Assembly (NCBI GenBank): GCA_963845535.1
Contig: CAWJSK010000002.1
Span: forward strand, 64,001-128,000
Length of the DNA: 64,000 bases
DNA from: an uncultured Spirochaetota bacterium
GTDB lineage: Bacteria; Spirochaetota; Spirochaetia; SZUA-6; Fen-1364
Direction of reading: 5' to 3'
Shown here: positions 30,578-40,156 of the stretch, piece by piece
Position numbering within the stretch: position 1 is the first letter of the stretch
Layout: every line of letters starts with the position of its first letter
Position numbers and translations under genes: made by a program
Notes under the pieces: model-generated
Databases searched by the model: none
The model's input: only the letters and a program-made list of their open reading frames with translations
Told to the model about the DNA's origin: nothing

Positions 30578-31078
30578 ATGGACAGGCTTCTCGACTTGTT
30601 TGCGGGAATCCTCGATGACCCGGGACTGGACCTTGTCCAGCGGGTGCAGGAGTGCGCGCGGGCCGCTACGGCAGTCGGCGTTCCCCCGAGCTACCTGGAG
30701 GAGTTTGCCCGTTTCGTGGAGACCTCTGATCCACGGGAAATCATTGAGATCTACAAGACTCGTGGACCGACCATCGGGCAGCAATTGTACGGCGAGGGCT
30801 ATGGCCGCAGCATGCTGATCATGGATCTGCAGAAGAGATACAAGAGATACGGTTTCGAGTCCGGGGACGAACCTGCGGACAACCTTGCCGTCTTGTTGAG
30901 GTTCCTCTCCGAATGCGACGACCCGGCGGAGCGGGACGAGCTGTCCCGTGAAGTCCTGGTACCCGGTCTGGAGGCAATGATCACGGCAGGCGGCGGTGAG
31001 GAGTCACCGGCGGTTGGGCCGTTTCTGCCGCTCTTGCGGGCCCTGAGCGCGGCCCTCAGGGAGCAGGTGGGAAGTTAG
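30578..31078 (+). CDS. NarJ/TorD-like molybdoenzyme chaperone
   Basis: YKRYGFE..EPADNLAVLLRFL resembles the ExPDHL motif. Confidence 0.7.
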   Translation: MDRLLDLFAGILDDPGLDLVQRVQECARAATAVGVPPSYLEEFARFVETSDPREIIEIYKTRGPTIGQQLYGEGYGRSMLIMDLQKRYKRYGFESGDEPADNLAVLLRFLSECDDPAERDELSREVLVPGLEAMITAGGGEESPAVGPFLPLLRALSAALREQVGS

Positions 31079-31676
31079 CACCGCCCGCCCCACGGTACTC
31101 GTCGGGATCGTTTACACTTTTCAACTCTGCAGGGTTCACGGGTTCAACCAGCTTGATGGGGACGTCTCTCAACAGCATCAAGCTGTAGCGCTTTCCTGCC
31201 TTGGCCTCACGAAGCACCGGAAAGATGCGCGGCTCGTAGATGGCGCAGACGGGCTCGGGCCTGTCCGTTTCCGGGTTCCGATAGGCGGTGGCAAAAGCTT
31301 CAGGGTCACGGCGTTTCACAAGCCGGCGAAGGGCGGCCTCTGACAAGAAGGGCATATCCACCGCTACGACCAGCCAGGCGCACGTCGGGGCTTCCTGAAA
31401 AGCGGAAAGCAGCCCTTCGAGCGGGCCGATCCCCTCTTCCTTGTCCGGCAAAAGGCGAAGCCCTTTGAAGGCGGGCTGATCTATCTGCTCGCGCCGAACG
31501 GACACGAACACAGGAGCGCAAAGCCGTTCGAGCATGCCGGCAACCCGCCGCACCTGCGGCCCGTCCCCGAAGCTCATCAAGGCTTTGTCGAAGCCCATGC
31601 GCGTGCTCGCTCCTCCGGCGAGCACAAGAGATCGAATGTCGGAAACGCGCGGGAGCGCGGCAAGCCGGACTGTCAT
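31056..31676 (-). CDS. mobA: Molybdenum cofactor guanylyltransferase
   Basis: LVLAGGASTRMGFDKA, GPLEGL, AVDMPF, EPVCAIY. Confidence 0.88.
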   Translation of the reverse strand: MTVRLAALPRVSDIRSLVLAGGASTRMGFDKALMSFGDGPQVRRVAGMLERLCAPVFVSVRREQIDQPAFKGLRLLPDKEEGIGPLEGLLSAFQEAPTCAWLVVAVDMPFLSEAALRRLVKRRDPEAFATAYRNPETDRPEPVCAIYEPRIFPVLREAKAGKRYSLMLLRDVPIKLVEPVNPAELKSVNDPDEYRGAGGANFPPAP

Positions 31677-32962
31677 CCCAGCTTGAACTTTTCCTTGATG
31701 GCGTCCAGCTCCTGCGGGCCAATCCTTTGGACGCTTCCGAGCTTGGCCGCGTTGAGGATGGCGTTGGCGCTGAACTCCGCCACCTCCAGCCTGTCATAGG
31801 CCTCGGTAAGGTTCCTGCCCGTGGTGAGGATTGCATCGTTTTGGAGCAGCACGACGGGCGTCCGCGGGGATATCTCTGCCGCAAGGCGCTTCTCATCAGT
31901 GAACTGGCGGCCAAAGGCGATGAGCGGCATGTCGCGCAGCTCGATGTAGCTCTCCGGAATGATGGCGCTTTCCAGCGGAGTGCCCGTCACGGTGAACGCA
32001 GTCACGGCCGGGGACTGGGCGCTGATGACGGCGTTGATCACGGGATTGGCCGCGTAGATCTCGAGGTGCAGGACCACGGCGCGGCTAGGGACAAGACCGC
32101 GTTCCCGCCTGCCGTTCTTGATGAGCACGAAGTCCGATTCATCCAGGTAGCTGCGGTCTATCCCGTACGGCGTGATGAGGAAAGAGCTTCCGTCCAGACG
32201 CACGGAGACAGTGCCTTCAGTGCTGGTCATGAGGCGCTGGCGGTAGGCGCGGTGGATGAACTCCTTCATCTCCCGCCGCGCGGCAAGCTCCGTCGACGCG
32301 CGGTCCTTGACCTCGAACTCAGGCAGTTTCTGGTTTTTTCCCTGGTTGAACTGTGCGATCAGCTCCGGGCCCAGCGTCGTGGCGTTGCCGAGCACGCCGG
32401 CGTTGATGAGGGTCCGGGCGCAGAAGTCCAGCGTCTCGAACCTCTGGAACGCTTCCAGCAGGTCGCGCCCTGCGGCAGCAACTCCGTGGTTCTCCAGGAG
32501 GACCGTGTCGAATCCCTTGGCAAACGCCGCAGCGATGTTGCGTCCCAGCTCCTCGGAGCCCGGGATGGCGTACGCCGCGTACCCAACCTCCCCGCAGACC
32601 GCATGAGCTTGCGGGATGATGCTGGTGTCGGGAATCTTTCGCACCAGGCTGAACGCCACGAGCGCCGCCGGATGCGCGTGCAGCACGGCCCGCACGTCCG
32701 GCCGCGCGGCGTAGATGGCCCGATGAAACGGGAGCTCGGAGGACGGAGGGTGGATCCCTTCCACCACCTTTTCTCCTCGGACGCGCACGATATCCGCTTC
32801 CGTCAGCGCGCCTTTGTCCGTGCCGCCCGGGGTGATCCAGATGTCACCGGATTCGTCGCGGACCGATATGTTCCCTCCGGACGTGGTGGTCATTCCATAG
32901 CCGTACACGCGGCGCATGATCGTGACCAGTTGTTCCCTCGGATGCATGTATTCGTATTTCAC
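31673..32962 (-). CDS. Class II aldolase/adducin family protein with two tandem domains
   Basis: GGNIS, PSSELPFH, HAHP and LLENHG; the second domain lacks the metal-binding His residues (SAQSP, LLQNDA). Confidence 0.88.
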   Translation of the reverse strand: MKYEYMHPREQLVTIMRRVYGYGMTTTSGGNISVRDESGDIWITPGGTDKGALTEADIVRVRGEKVVEGIHPPSSELPFHRAIYAARPDVRAVLHAHPAALVAFSLVRKIPDTSIIPQAHAVCGEVGYAAYAIPGSEELGRNIAAAFAKGFDTVLLENHGVAAAGRDLLEAFQRFETLDFCARTLINAGVLGNATTLGPELIAQFNQGKNQKLPEFEVKDRASTELAARREMKEFIHRAYRQRLMTSTEGTVSVRLDGSSFLITPYGIDRSYLDESDFVLIKNGRRERGLVPSRAVVLHLEIYAANPVINAVISAQSPAVTAFTVTGTPLESAIIPESYIELRDMPLIAFGRQFTDEKRLAAEISPRTPVVLLQNDAILTTGRNLTEAYDRLEVAEFSANAILNAAKLGSVQRIGPQELDAIKEKFKLG

Positions 32963-33021
32963 GGGATGAGAGTGTAACGCTTTTCGACCCGTTGGACGAG
33001 ATTGGAAGAAAAGATTGGAAG

Positions 33022-33053
33022 AAAAGTCCCGGGGGCGTGCCGTCCCCGGGACT
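33022..33053 (-). terminator. Intrinsic terminator of the SH3 gene
   Basis: AGTCCCGGGG..CCCCGGGACT stem with a U-tract on the minus strand. Confidence 0.65.
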
Positions 33054-33071
33054 CTCAGAGAGCGAAGTGAT

Positions 33072-33989
33072 CTACTGCGCGGGGGTCAGGAAGCTTCCGA
33101 ATACCCAGCCTGACGGGTCTTTTATGTGGAACCACGCCGCGGTCTGGCCCCCCACGGTGTAGGTCTGGGTGGTCATCTCCAAGACTTCGACCCGGGTATC
33201 TTTTGCGACCTGGGTCACCACCTGGCCGTTCGTTTCATCAGGAGCGCTTCGAACGTTCACGTTGTTGTCATTCACGACGTAGAAGCCGCTGGCGGTTATG
33301 GTTTCTTTGGGAGCAGTTGGCGAAATGCCGGAAGCCGCCTGAAGCTTGGGCAGGAACAGAGAAGCGCCGTATTTCGTGATGGCAACCTTGAGCAGGTTCT
33401 TCTTTATGTCCTGGCTCTTGGTCGCCGCGGCGACGGTGTAGAGGATCACGGCGTTCACGTCCGCGTCAGCGGTTGTCAGGTCCCCCGCGCTCACGAAAGT
33501 CGCATCAGTGAACAGCGCGCCCTGCGCGTTGTCATACGCCTGGACCTTCGCGAACTCACCGGTGCTCCCGTCTTGCATCACGGCGACGATGGTCATGGCC
33601 GAAATGAACTTGCTCGTGATCTTCACGTCGCGGGGTTCTGAGTAGACGATTGCCTTGTCCGCTTTCACCACCGCGAGGGATGCCTTACTGACGATGAGAT
33701 TGGAACGCGTCCAGCCTTCCTTGCCGTCAGGTGCGCGGACCCGGGTGAAGTCCCTCTCCGTCTTGTCCGTCTTGTCCGTCTTGTCCTGCTTGAACTTCGC
33801 CGTCCGATTGAGAAGCACCACCGTGTCCCCGATTGTCAGGTTTTCCACCCACGTCAGCGTCTGCCCCTGGTCCTGCCAGAGCGGCAGGTTGTTGAGGAGG
33901 ACGTAAGCCTCATTCTGGGCCAGGGGTGCCGCAAACCCGATCGAGCTCATGACGGAAAGAACGAAGAGGATGACGACCAACCTTTTCAT
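33072..33989 (-). CDS. Secreted SH3-domain protein
   Basis: Signal peptide, DGKEGW, NVNVRSAPD..WFHI..GWVFGSFL. Contains a 9-bp x3 repeat (DKT) at 33757-33786. Confidence 0.75.
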   Translation of the reverse strand: MKRLVVILFVLSVMSSIGFAAPLAQNEAYVLLNNLPLWQDQGQTLTWVENLTIGDTVVLLNRTAKFKQDKTDKTDKTERDFTRVRAPDGKEGWTRSNLIVSKASLAVVKADKAIVYSEPRDVKITSKFISAMTIVAVMQDGSTGEFAKVQAYDNAQGALFTDATFVSAGDLTTADADVNAVILYTVAAATKSQDIKKNLLKVAITKYGASLFLPKLQAASGISPTAPKETITASGFYVVNDNNVNVRSAPDETNGQVVTQVAKDTRVEVLEMTTQTYTVGGQTAAWFHIKDPSGWVFGSFLTPAQ

Positions 33990-34060
33990 GGAGCCTCCTT
34001 TTTGATGGCGAATCCTGGACGAAAAAAATGGCGTTGTCAACATTCCGCACTCTGGACGAC

Positions 34061-35586
34061 TCAACCGCTCCGTCTCGCGAACCGCGGGAAGAGCGGCTCA
34101 AGGGCGTCGTAGCTTTCGTTCAGAAGCTTCTTGGCTTCCGCGTACAGGCCGGCGTGCTCGGCGTTCGGTTTTGTCCTGTCCACCACTTCGATGAACCTGT
34201 CCGTCACGTCGAAATTTTTGAAGACGCCGCACCCCACGCCGCCAATGATGGCGGCCCCCATGGAAGTGGCTTCCTCCAGGTAGTTGGGCCGCACAATGTC
34301 AGCCTGGTAGACGTCAGCCATGATCCGGCGCCACACCTCGCCTTTTGCCCCTCCCCCGATCACCGTTATTTCTCGGATAGGGGTCTGGGTTCGGAAAATG
34401 TCCAGGATGATGCTCAGGTTGAGCGTGACCCCCTCCATGACGGCGCGCAAGACGTCCGCGCGCGTGTGTCCCAGGGTGAGGCCAATGAACGCCCCCTTGG
34501 CGTCCGGGTTCCATCGGGGTGTCCGTTCCCCAAGGAGGTAGGGGAGGAAGATGATTCCGTTGGCGCCGGGAGGGGACTTCTCGATCTCCTTGTTGATCAG
34601 GTCATACGCGCTCAGGCCCATCTCAGCGGCGAACGCCTTCTCCAACGAACATATCTCGTTCTTGAGCCACGCGAGCGAGCTTCCCGCCGTCTGCATGGTG
34701 CCGCAGGGGTGCACGTAGCCAGGTACGGCGTGGGCCCAGACGAACGTGCGCATCCCCTCATCGTAGATGGGCTTTTCCGTGGTTGTGGCGATCCATGAGG
34801 AGGAGCCGAGGTAGTTGTACGTTGAGCCTGGCTTCACGGACCCCACGCCCACCCCGGCGCACACTCCGTCCCCACCGCCAGCCACCACGGGGATTCCCGG
34901 GAGGAGGCCGACGGCCCGCGCAGCTTCCGCCGTCAACTCTCCCACGACGTCCGTGGAGGCCTTCAAGTCGGGAAGCTTCTCACCGTCAATCCCCGTGATC
35001 TTCACGAGCCTCTCCGACCAGCACCGCGTATTCAAGTCCATCACGTTCGTTCCGGAGCCGTCGGAGTACTCCGATGCCATGACGCCGGTGAGGCGGAAGT
35101 TGATGTAGTCCTTCGCGTGGAGCATCTTTTTTGTCCGGGCGTACACCTCCGGCTCATGAGCCTTGACCCACATGAGCTTTTCCACGGAATACGAGGCGCT
35201 TGCCCGATGGCCGGTGATGCGGTAGAAGTCCACGCGCGTTGATGCTGGCTGAGGATTGATTCGCATTCGGCAACGGCGCGCTGGTCGCTATACAGGATTG
35301 CAGGACGCAGCGGCCGCCCGTCCTTGTCCACGCACAGGCAGCCCATCATCTGCCCGCTGAAAGCGATAGCCGCCACCTCATGCGGGTCGATGTCCGCGGC
35401 CAGGGACCGGGTGGACTCGCAGACCGCCCTCCACCAGTCCTCGGGGTCCTGCTCGGACCAGTTCGTATTGAAGTAATGAGTGCGGTAGGCAATGGTAACG
35501 CTTCGGACCAGCTTCCCGTCCGTGGTGAAAAGCGTGGCCTTGTTCCCCGAGGTTCCCAGGTCATGGGCGAGCAGGTAACGTTTCAT
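34061..35586 (-). CDS. FGGY carbohydrate kinase (xylulokinase-like), frameshift near 35240
   Basis: AHDLGTSGNKA, SGQMMG, AGGGDG, LPYLLGERTP. Confidence 0.88.
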
Positions 35587-35620
35587 TTTTCCCCCGCCTC
35601 TCCTTGACCTAGTCCTTGAC

Positions 35621-35716
35621 ATCCTACTGCCCTGGTCTTGGAATTGTCAATTACAAAAGCTTGTTAGAAAATGTCGTTGTAAAAGAACTTGACATATCAT
35701 GAACGAGCGTCATACT
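35621..35716. promoter_or_regulatory. Divergent sigma70 promoters with a putative ROK operator between them
   Basis: Minus TTGACA(35650)-18-TAGGAT; plus TTGACA(35689)-16-CATACT; TGTTAGAAAA half-site at ~35662. Confidence 0.6.
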
Positions 35717-35742
35717 GATTAAGTGACTTTACGGAGGCTCAT

Positions 35743-36975
35743 ATCAAGGCCCACAAGCAGAATAACATTCGCGCGGCGCTCAACCTGATCAGGTGTCGGG
35801 ACACATTCTCGGTTGCGGAGATTTCGCAAGCCGTCAGGCTCAGCAAGACAACCGTCAAAAAGACAATCGATCTGCTTGCATCCATGGGGCTGGTAATGTC
35901 GGCTGGAAAGGGCGAATCCACCGAAGAAGGGGGGAAGAAGCCCGAGCTCTATCGCTTCAACAAGGGTTACGGCTATGTCATCAGCCTCCACGTGACGCCG
36001 GACTCCATCATGGCGGTGACCACGGATCTTGCCGCCGACATTACGAGCATCAAGAAACTGGAGGTCACGGCTGAAAGAGACCTTCCTTTCATCCTGGGTC
36101 AGCTCGCTGACCTGATCCATGGGATTTCCAGCGTGAAGGCTGGCACCGGAGAAAAGCTTATTGGCATTGTGGTGGCCCTGCCCGGGCTCGTTGATTCCCC
36201 CATGGGGATATCGATCTATTCACCGCATTATCCCGCCTGGGGAAGAAACGTCCCGTTTCGGGAAATGCTGCGTGAGAAGCTGGGCACCGGCTACGACGTT
36301 CCGATTTTCATGGACTGCGTCAACCGCTACCAGGCCGCCGCGGAGCAGGAAAAAGGGGAGGCGGTCGGTGCCACGAACTTCATCATCATCGACGCCCTCA
36401 ACGAGGGGCTGGGCTCGGGGATCGTAACCCACGGGGAGCTGATGCGCGGCAACCAGGGCCTTTCCGGCGAGATAGGGCACATGACCGTAAACCCAATCGA
36501 CGGCCCCCTGTGCATCTGCGGGAACAAGGGCTGCTTCGAGGCCATGGTCTCGGCAAAGCGCATCCGCGAGCTGATCCGGGATGCGTGCAGCCGCGGGGTG
36601 AAATCGGAGCTTTTTCGCAACAAGACACCGGAGGCCGCCACACTCGACGACGTGTGCGAGCTGGCAAACGCGGGTGACCCTTTCTGCCTCTCGATCATCG
36701 AGGACGTGGCCAGGTGGTTCATCATCGGGCTTGGGAACATCATCATGGTGACAGACCCTGAGCTGATCGTCATCCAGGGCCAATATGTGAAAGCCGGGGC
36801 GTTCTTCCTGGAAAGGCTTCGGGAAGGCGTCAAGACGATCGGCCTCCCTGACGTGGAGAAGAAAGTGAAGATCGTCTACTCGCGCCTGGGAGAGGAGCGC
36901 GGAGTCCTAGGAGGAGCTGCTTTCGCCGTCTCGGATTTTTTTGCGAGGCGCCTCATCTTCACAGCCAATGCTTGA
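35743..36975 (+). CDS. ROK family transcriptional regulator (HTH N-terminus begins at an ATC codon)
   Basis: GEIGHM..CICGNKGCFE. The HTH SVAEISQAVRLSKTTVKK is in frame upstream of the tracked ATG, and GGAGG lies 5 nt before ATC 35743. Confidence 0.88.
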   Translation: MKAHKQNNIRAALNLIRCRDTFSVAEISQAVRLSKTTVKKTIDLLASMGLVMSAGKGESTEEGGKKPELYRFNKGYGYVISLHVTPDSIMAVTTDLAADITSIKKLEVTAERDLPFILGQLADLIHGISSVKAGTGEKLIGIVVALPGLVDSPMGISIYSPHYPAWGRNVPFREMLREKLGTGYDVPIFMDCVNRYQAAAEQEKGEAVGATNFIIIDALNEGLGSGIVTHGELMRGNQGLSGEIGHMTVNPIDGPLCICGNKGCFEAMVSAKRIRELIRDACSRGVKSELFRNKTPEAATLDDVCELANAGDPFCLSIIEDVARWFIIGLGNIIMVTDPELIVIQGQYVKAGAFFLERLREGVKTIGLPDVEKKVKIVYSRLGEERGVLGGAAFAVSDFFARRLIFTANA

Positions 36976-36988
36976 GGAGGAGTTTTGC

Positions 36989-38050
36989 ATGATGGACAGA
37001 AAGATCCTGGCTATCGCCGCGCTCGTCGTGATCGGGGTTTTCACCACGACGGGACTCTTTGCGGGCGGCGCAAAGGAGGTCGCGGAGCCGACCACTCTCG
37101 CCATCTCCATCCGCACGCTTTCAAACCCTTCCCAGAACAACTACAAGATCGGCGCGGAGGCTTTCGGGAAAAAGATGGGCCTTCCCGTCGATGTTCTGAC
37201 CATGGAAGCCAACAGCCAGAAAGGGCTGACGGACATCAAGGCTGAGGTTGCAAGGACCGGCGGCAACGTGGTGTTTTTCATCGACCCGAACCAGGAAACA
37301 GATGACGTGGCCATTGCGCAAATTCTCGACCAGGCGGGAGTCTACTTCGTGACATGGTGGAACAAGCCCGCGGACGTGAAGGTCTGGAACTACAAGCACT
37401 GGGTCGCCCACGTTTCCTTCGACGGCGTGGCTGCCGGCCATTTCACGGCAACCGAGCTGTTCAAGACGTTCAAGACCCCCAACCAGGGCAAGGTGTTCGC
37501 AATCCAGGGGCTGCTCGCCAATACGTCCGCCGCCGAGCGATTCCAGGGTTTGCAGAAAGCGCTGTCAGAGAACCCCGGTGTCCAGCTCGTGCAGTGGGTG
37601 GCGGGAGACGGGGACCGGACCAAGGCCTACAACCAGACCAGAGAGATGCTGATTGCGCACCCGGACATCGACGGGGTGTGGTGCGCCAACGACGACATGG
37701 CCATGGGCGCCATCCAGGCGTTGAAGGAAGCCAATCTCGCGGGGAAAGTCATGGTAACGGGAACGGACGGAATCCCTGAAATGTTCAGTGCAATCAAGGC
37801 CGGCACCGCGATTGCCACCGTGATGAACGATGCGAAGTACCAGGCGGGCCTCAGTCTTGCCATGTCCCTTGCGGCGAAGCAGGGCAAGCTGGACGTTGCG
37901 GCCCAGCCGCAGAAGTATCGGCAGTTCGAGATTCCCGCGGTGAACGTCAACAAAGCGAACGTGGACCAGATCATCCACGACTACATCGACAACACGCCTG
38001 ATTACGACTTCACAAACTTCTACGCCCGGTGGTCAGTGGCAATACCGTAA
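36989..38050 (+). CDS. Sugar ABC transporter substrate-binding protein (RbsB-like)
   Basis: FAGGAKE signal end, CANDDMAMGA, VTGTDG. Confidence 0.9.
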   Translation: MMDRKILAIAALVVIGVFTTTGLFAGGAKEVAEPTTLAISIRTLSNPSQNNYKIGAEAFGKKMGLPVDVLTMEANSQKGLTDIKAEVARTGGNVVFFIDPNQETDDVAIAQILDQAGVYFVTWWNKPADVKVWNYKHWVAHVSFDGVAAGHFTATELFKTFKTPNQGKVFAIQGLLANTSAAERFQGLQKALSENPGVQLVQWVAGDGDRTKAYNQTREMLIAHPDIDGVWCANDDMAMGAIQALKEANLAGKVMVTGTDGIPEMFSAIKAGTAIATVMNDAKYQAGLSLAMSLAAKQGKLDVAAQPQKYRQFEIPAVNVNKANVDQIIHDYIDNTPDYDFTNFYARWSVAIP

Positions 38051-38051
38051 C

Positions 38052-38098
38052 GAAGGGAGGCCTTCGCGCAGTCACGCTGTGCCAGGCCGCCCTTCTTT
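38052..38098 (+). terminator. Probable terminator hairpin
   Basis: GAAGGGAGGCC...GGCCGCCCTTCTTT directly after the stop codon. Confidence 0.55.
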
Positions 38099-38272
38099 AC
38101 AACGATCGAAAGCCAATACATCGTAATTGGCGATACAGGGCATGCCCCCCTATAAAAAACGCGAATAGTGTCCAAAAAAATGCGATCTTCGCCATTTTTA
38201 TAGGTGCTGCCCTTGCAAGTCCGCCTACGTCCAAAGGCGAGAGAGGCGGGCGCCTGCCCCAGTTCGTGGACC

Positions 38273-39988
38273 CTACCAGCGAATTTCCTTTGCGGTGATG
38301 AAATGGGAAGTCTTCTCCTGCTTGACCGTGTCGGTATCCAGGTGCTTGCGCTTGTAGATGCGCTTCTCTTCCTTTGACTCCGGGGTGACCTCGATGACGG
38401 TGTTTCCCCGCCAGCGCGCCTGGTAACGCTTGAGCTCCGCGAGCTTCGAGACATCTTTGTTTACAAACACATGCTGTTTTTCCTCTGTAGTCCTGGGATG
38501 CAGGTCGAACTCGATGCTGTATTCTTCTCCCGCATTCGCCTGTCCGAAGCTTGCGTATCTGCCTTTCACCTCGATAGGGAACGGGGTGCCTCCCCGTTTC
38601 CCCTCGACCTTCGACCCTACCGCATGCTCGGGAATGCGCACCTTCAAGGGAGCTTTCTTCTTGAGGATCACTGTGGTCCTGCCGGCGTAGGGTTCGTAGC
38701 TGATGACCTCACCAAGAGAGTTCTCCACGTTGTAATGCAGGTTGACCGTCATCCCGCTCCAATCCTCGGTCAGGGTGTTCTGCCAGAGCAGGTGGAACGT
38801 GCGAAGCGCGTGCGCGGAGCAGCACAGCATGAGGGAGGCGGGCACGAACAAGTGCTCATCAGCCGAGGTCCACATGAAGCCGCCGACGCTCCTTTTCACC
38901 ACGTCCGTGTAGCTGTCATAGGGAAGGACGGCGAGATCCGGCTTGTAGTGCTCGTACGCCCAGCTCTCCTTGTCCAGGATCCTTCCCTTGTTTGCCTTGG
39001 ACTTCACCCATTCCGACGGGTCCAGGAACTGCGCTTCCGCCACCTGGTTGCGCGACACACGGTCGATTTCATCCCAGTACTCGTCATACCCGAGCTTGAT
39101 GAGGGACGCTGCGCTCTGCGTCAGCTCCATATTGCTGCAGGCGGGCTCGGTGCACGGAGTGCTGCCATACGCGGTGCTCAGAGACCTTGCGTGGTCATGA
39201 ATCCGCTTCACGCGCTCCGTGATCCGCGGGTCGTCCGCAAGCGCCGCAAAACGGGCTATCCCGTTGATGGATGAGACTACCGTGCGATAAAAGGTGGCGA
39301 ATCTGCCCTCCTCATCGAAGAAGCCGTTCTTGCGGTTCAGGATGAAATGCGTGAGGCCTTCCGCCATGACGAGGGCCTTGGAGTCCGCGGTCATCTCGTA
39401 CACTTTCACCAGGGGGTCCACCATGGCGGCAACCGAGTAGTATCCCTGGCCGATGTGGCGGATCACCTCGTTCGGGAAGACTCTCTGCTTTCCCTCCTGG
39501 CGGGACAGCGAGAACACGCCGTCCACGATCCCTTTGATGTATTTCAGGATTCTCTCGTCATGGTCGTCCAGGTACCAGTAGATGAGCGCATAAAGGGCGC
39601 GGGTCTGCTCCCACAGGCACATGGGGTAGCGGTCACTCCACGGGGACCCGGGGGAATGGATGAACCCGTCGAGCTCGTTGAAGAAGCTCAGATAAAGCGC
39701 CCTTTGCGCAGCCTCACGTTCCGCAGCGCCGGCGCGTCCGGTCAGATCCCGCGCCACCACCCAGCCGTAGACGTCATACGGAAGCACCTCCGTCCAGTCG
39801 AGCCTGTGATGCACGAAATGCGGGGGATCCTCGCCCAGTGTGACGCCGACCCACGGGACGTAGTTGAACTTTGGATCGCTGTTCTCAAACATATGGTTCA
39901 TGGTGAGTGATGCGCGCTCTTGGATGTTGAACGATGCCGGGCGCGATTTTTCTTCAGATCGGGAGCCCTTGATTTCGATTCCATTCAT
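38273..39988 (-). CDS. Divergent GH127/GH146-like cysteine glycosidase (putative)
   Basis: TEPAC and MLCCSAH motifs, RVSRNQ, and a C-terminal LKVRIP beta-sandwich; located in a sugar locus. Confidence 0.5.
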   Translation of the reverse strand: MNGIEIKGSRSEEKSRPASFNIQERASLTMNHMFENSDPKFNYVPWVGVTLGEDPPHFVHHRLDWTEVLPYDVYGWVVARDLTGRAGAAEREAAQRALYLSFFNELDGFIHSPGSPWSDRYPMCLWEQTRALYALIYWYLDDHDERILKYIKGIVDGVFSLSRQEGKQRVFPNEVIRHIGQGYYSVAAMVDPLVKVYEMTADSKALVMAEGLTHFILNRKNGFFDEEGRFATFYRTVVSSINGIARFAALADDPRITERVKRIHDHARSLSTAYGSTPCTEPACSNMELTQSAASLIKLGYDEYWDEIDRVSRNQVAEAQFLDPSEWVKSKANKGRILDKESWAYEHYKPDLAVLPYDSYTDVVKRSVGGFMWTSADEHLFVPASLMLCCSAHALRTFHLLWQNTLTEDWSGMTVNLHYNVENSLGEVISYEPYAGRTTVILKKKAPLKVRIPEHAVGSKVEGKRGGTPFPIEVKGRYASFGQANAGEEYSIEFDLHPRTTEEKQHVFVNKDVSKLAELKRYQARWRGNTVIEVTPESKEEKRIYKRKHLDTDTVKQEKTSHFITAKEIRW

Positions 39989-40062
39989 TTGGAGATGCCT
40001 CCTTGCCAATCGACAATAACATGATAAGATACGAAAAGCAGTACCATCGAATACCATTGTTG

Positions 40063-40083
40063 TTAGAAAACGATATTTTCTAA
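40063..40083. promoter_or_regulatory. Perfect palindromic operator TTAGAAAA-N5-TTTTCTAA
   Basis: Lies in the divergent intergenic region between the GH127-like gene and the Fe-ADH gene. Confidence 0.65.
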
Positions 40084-40156
40084 TATATTATCCTAACGTC
40101 TGGACAGATCGTTCCAACAGCCTTAGAATGTTGCTCTACAAAGGGGGACTCGAGGA

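Noticed and set aside
33000..33025. 13-bp tandem duplication GATTGGAAGAAAA x2
   Set aside because: Only two copies next to a terminator, with no evidence of function.
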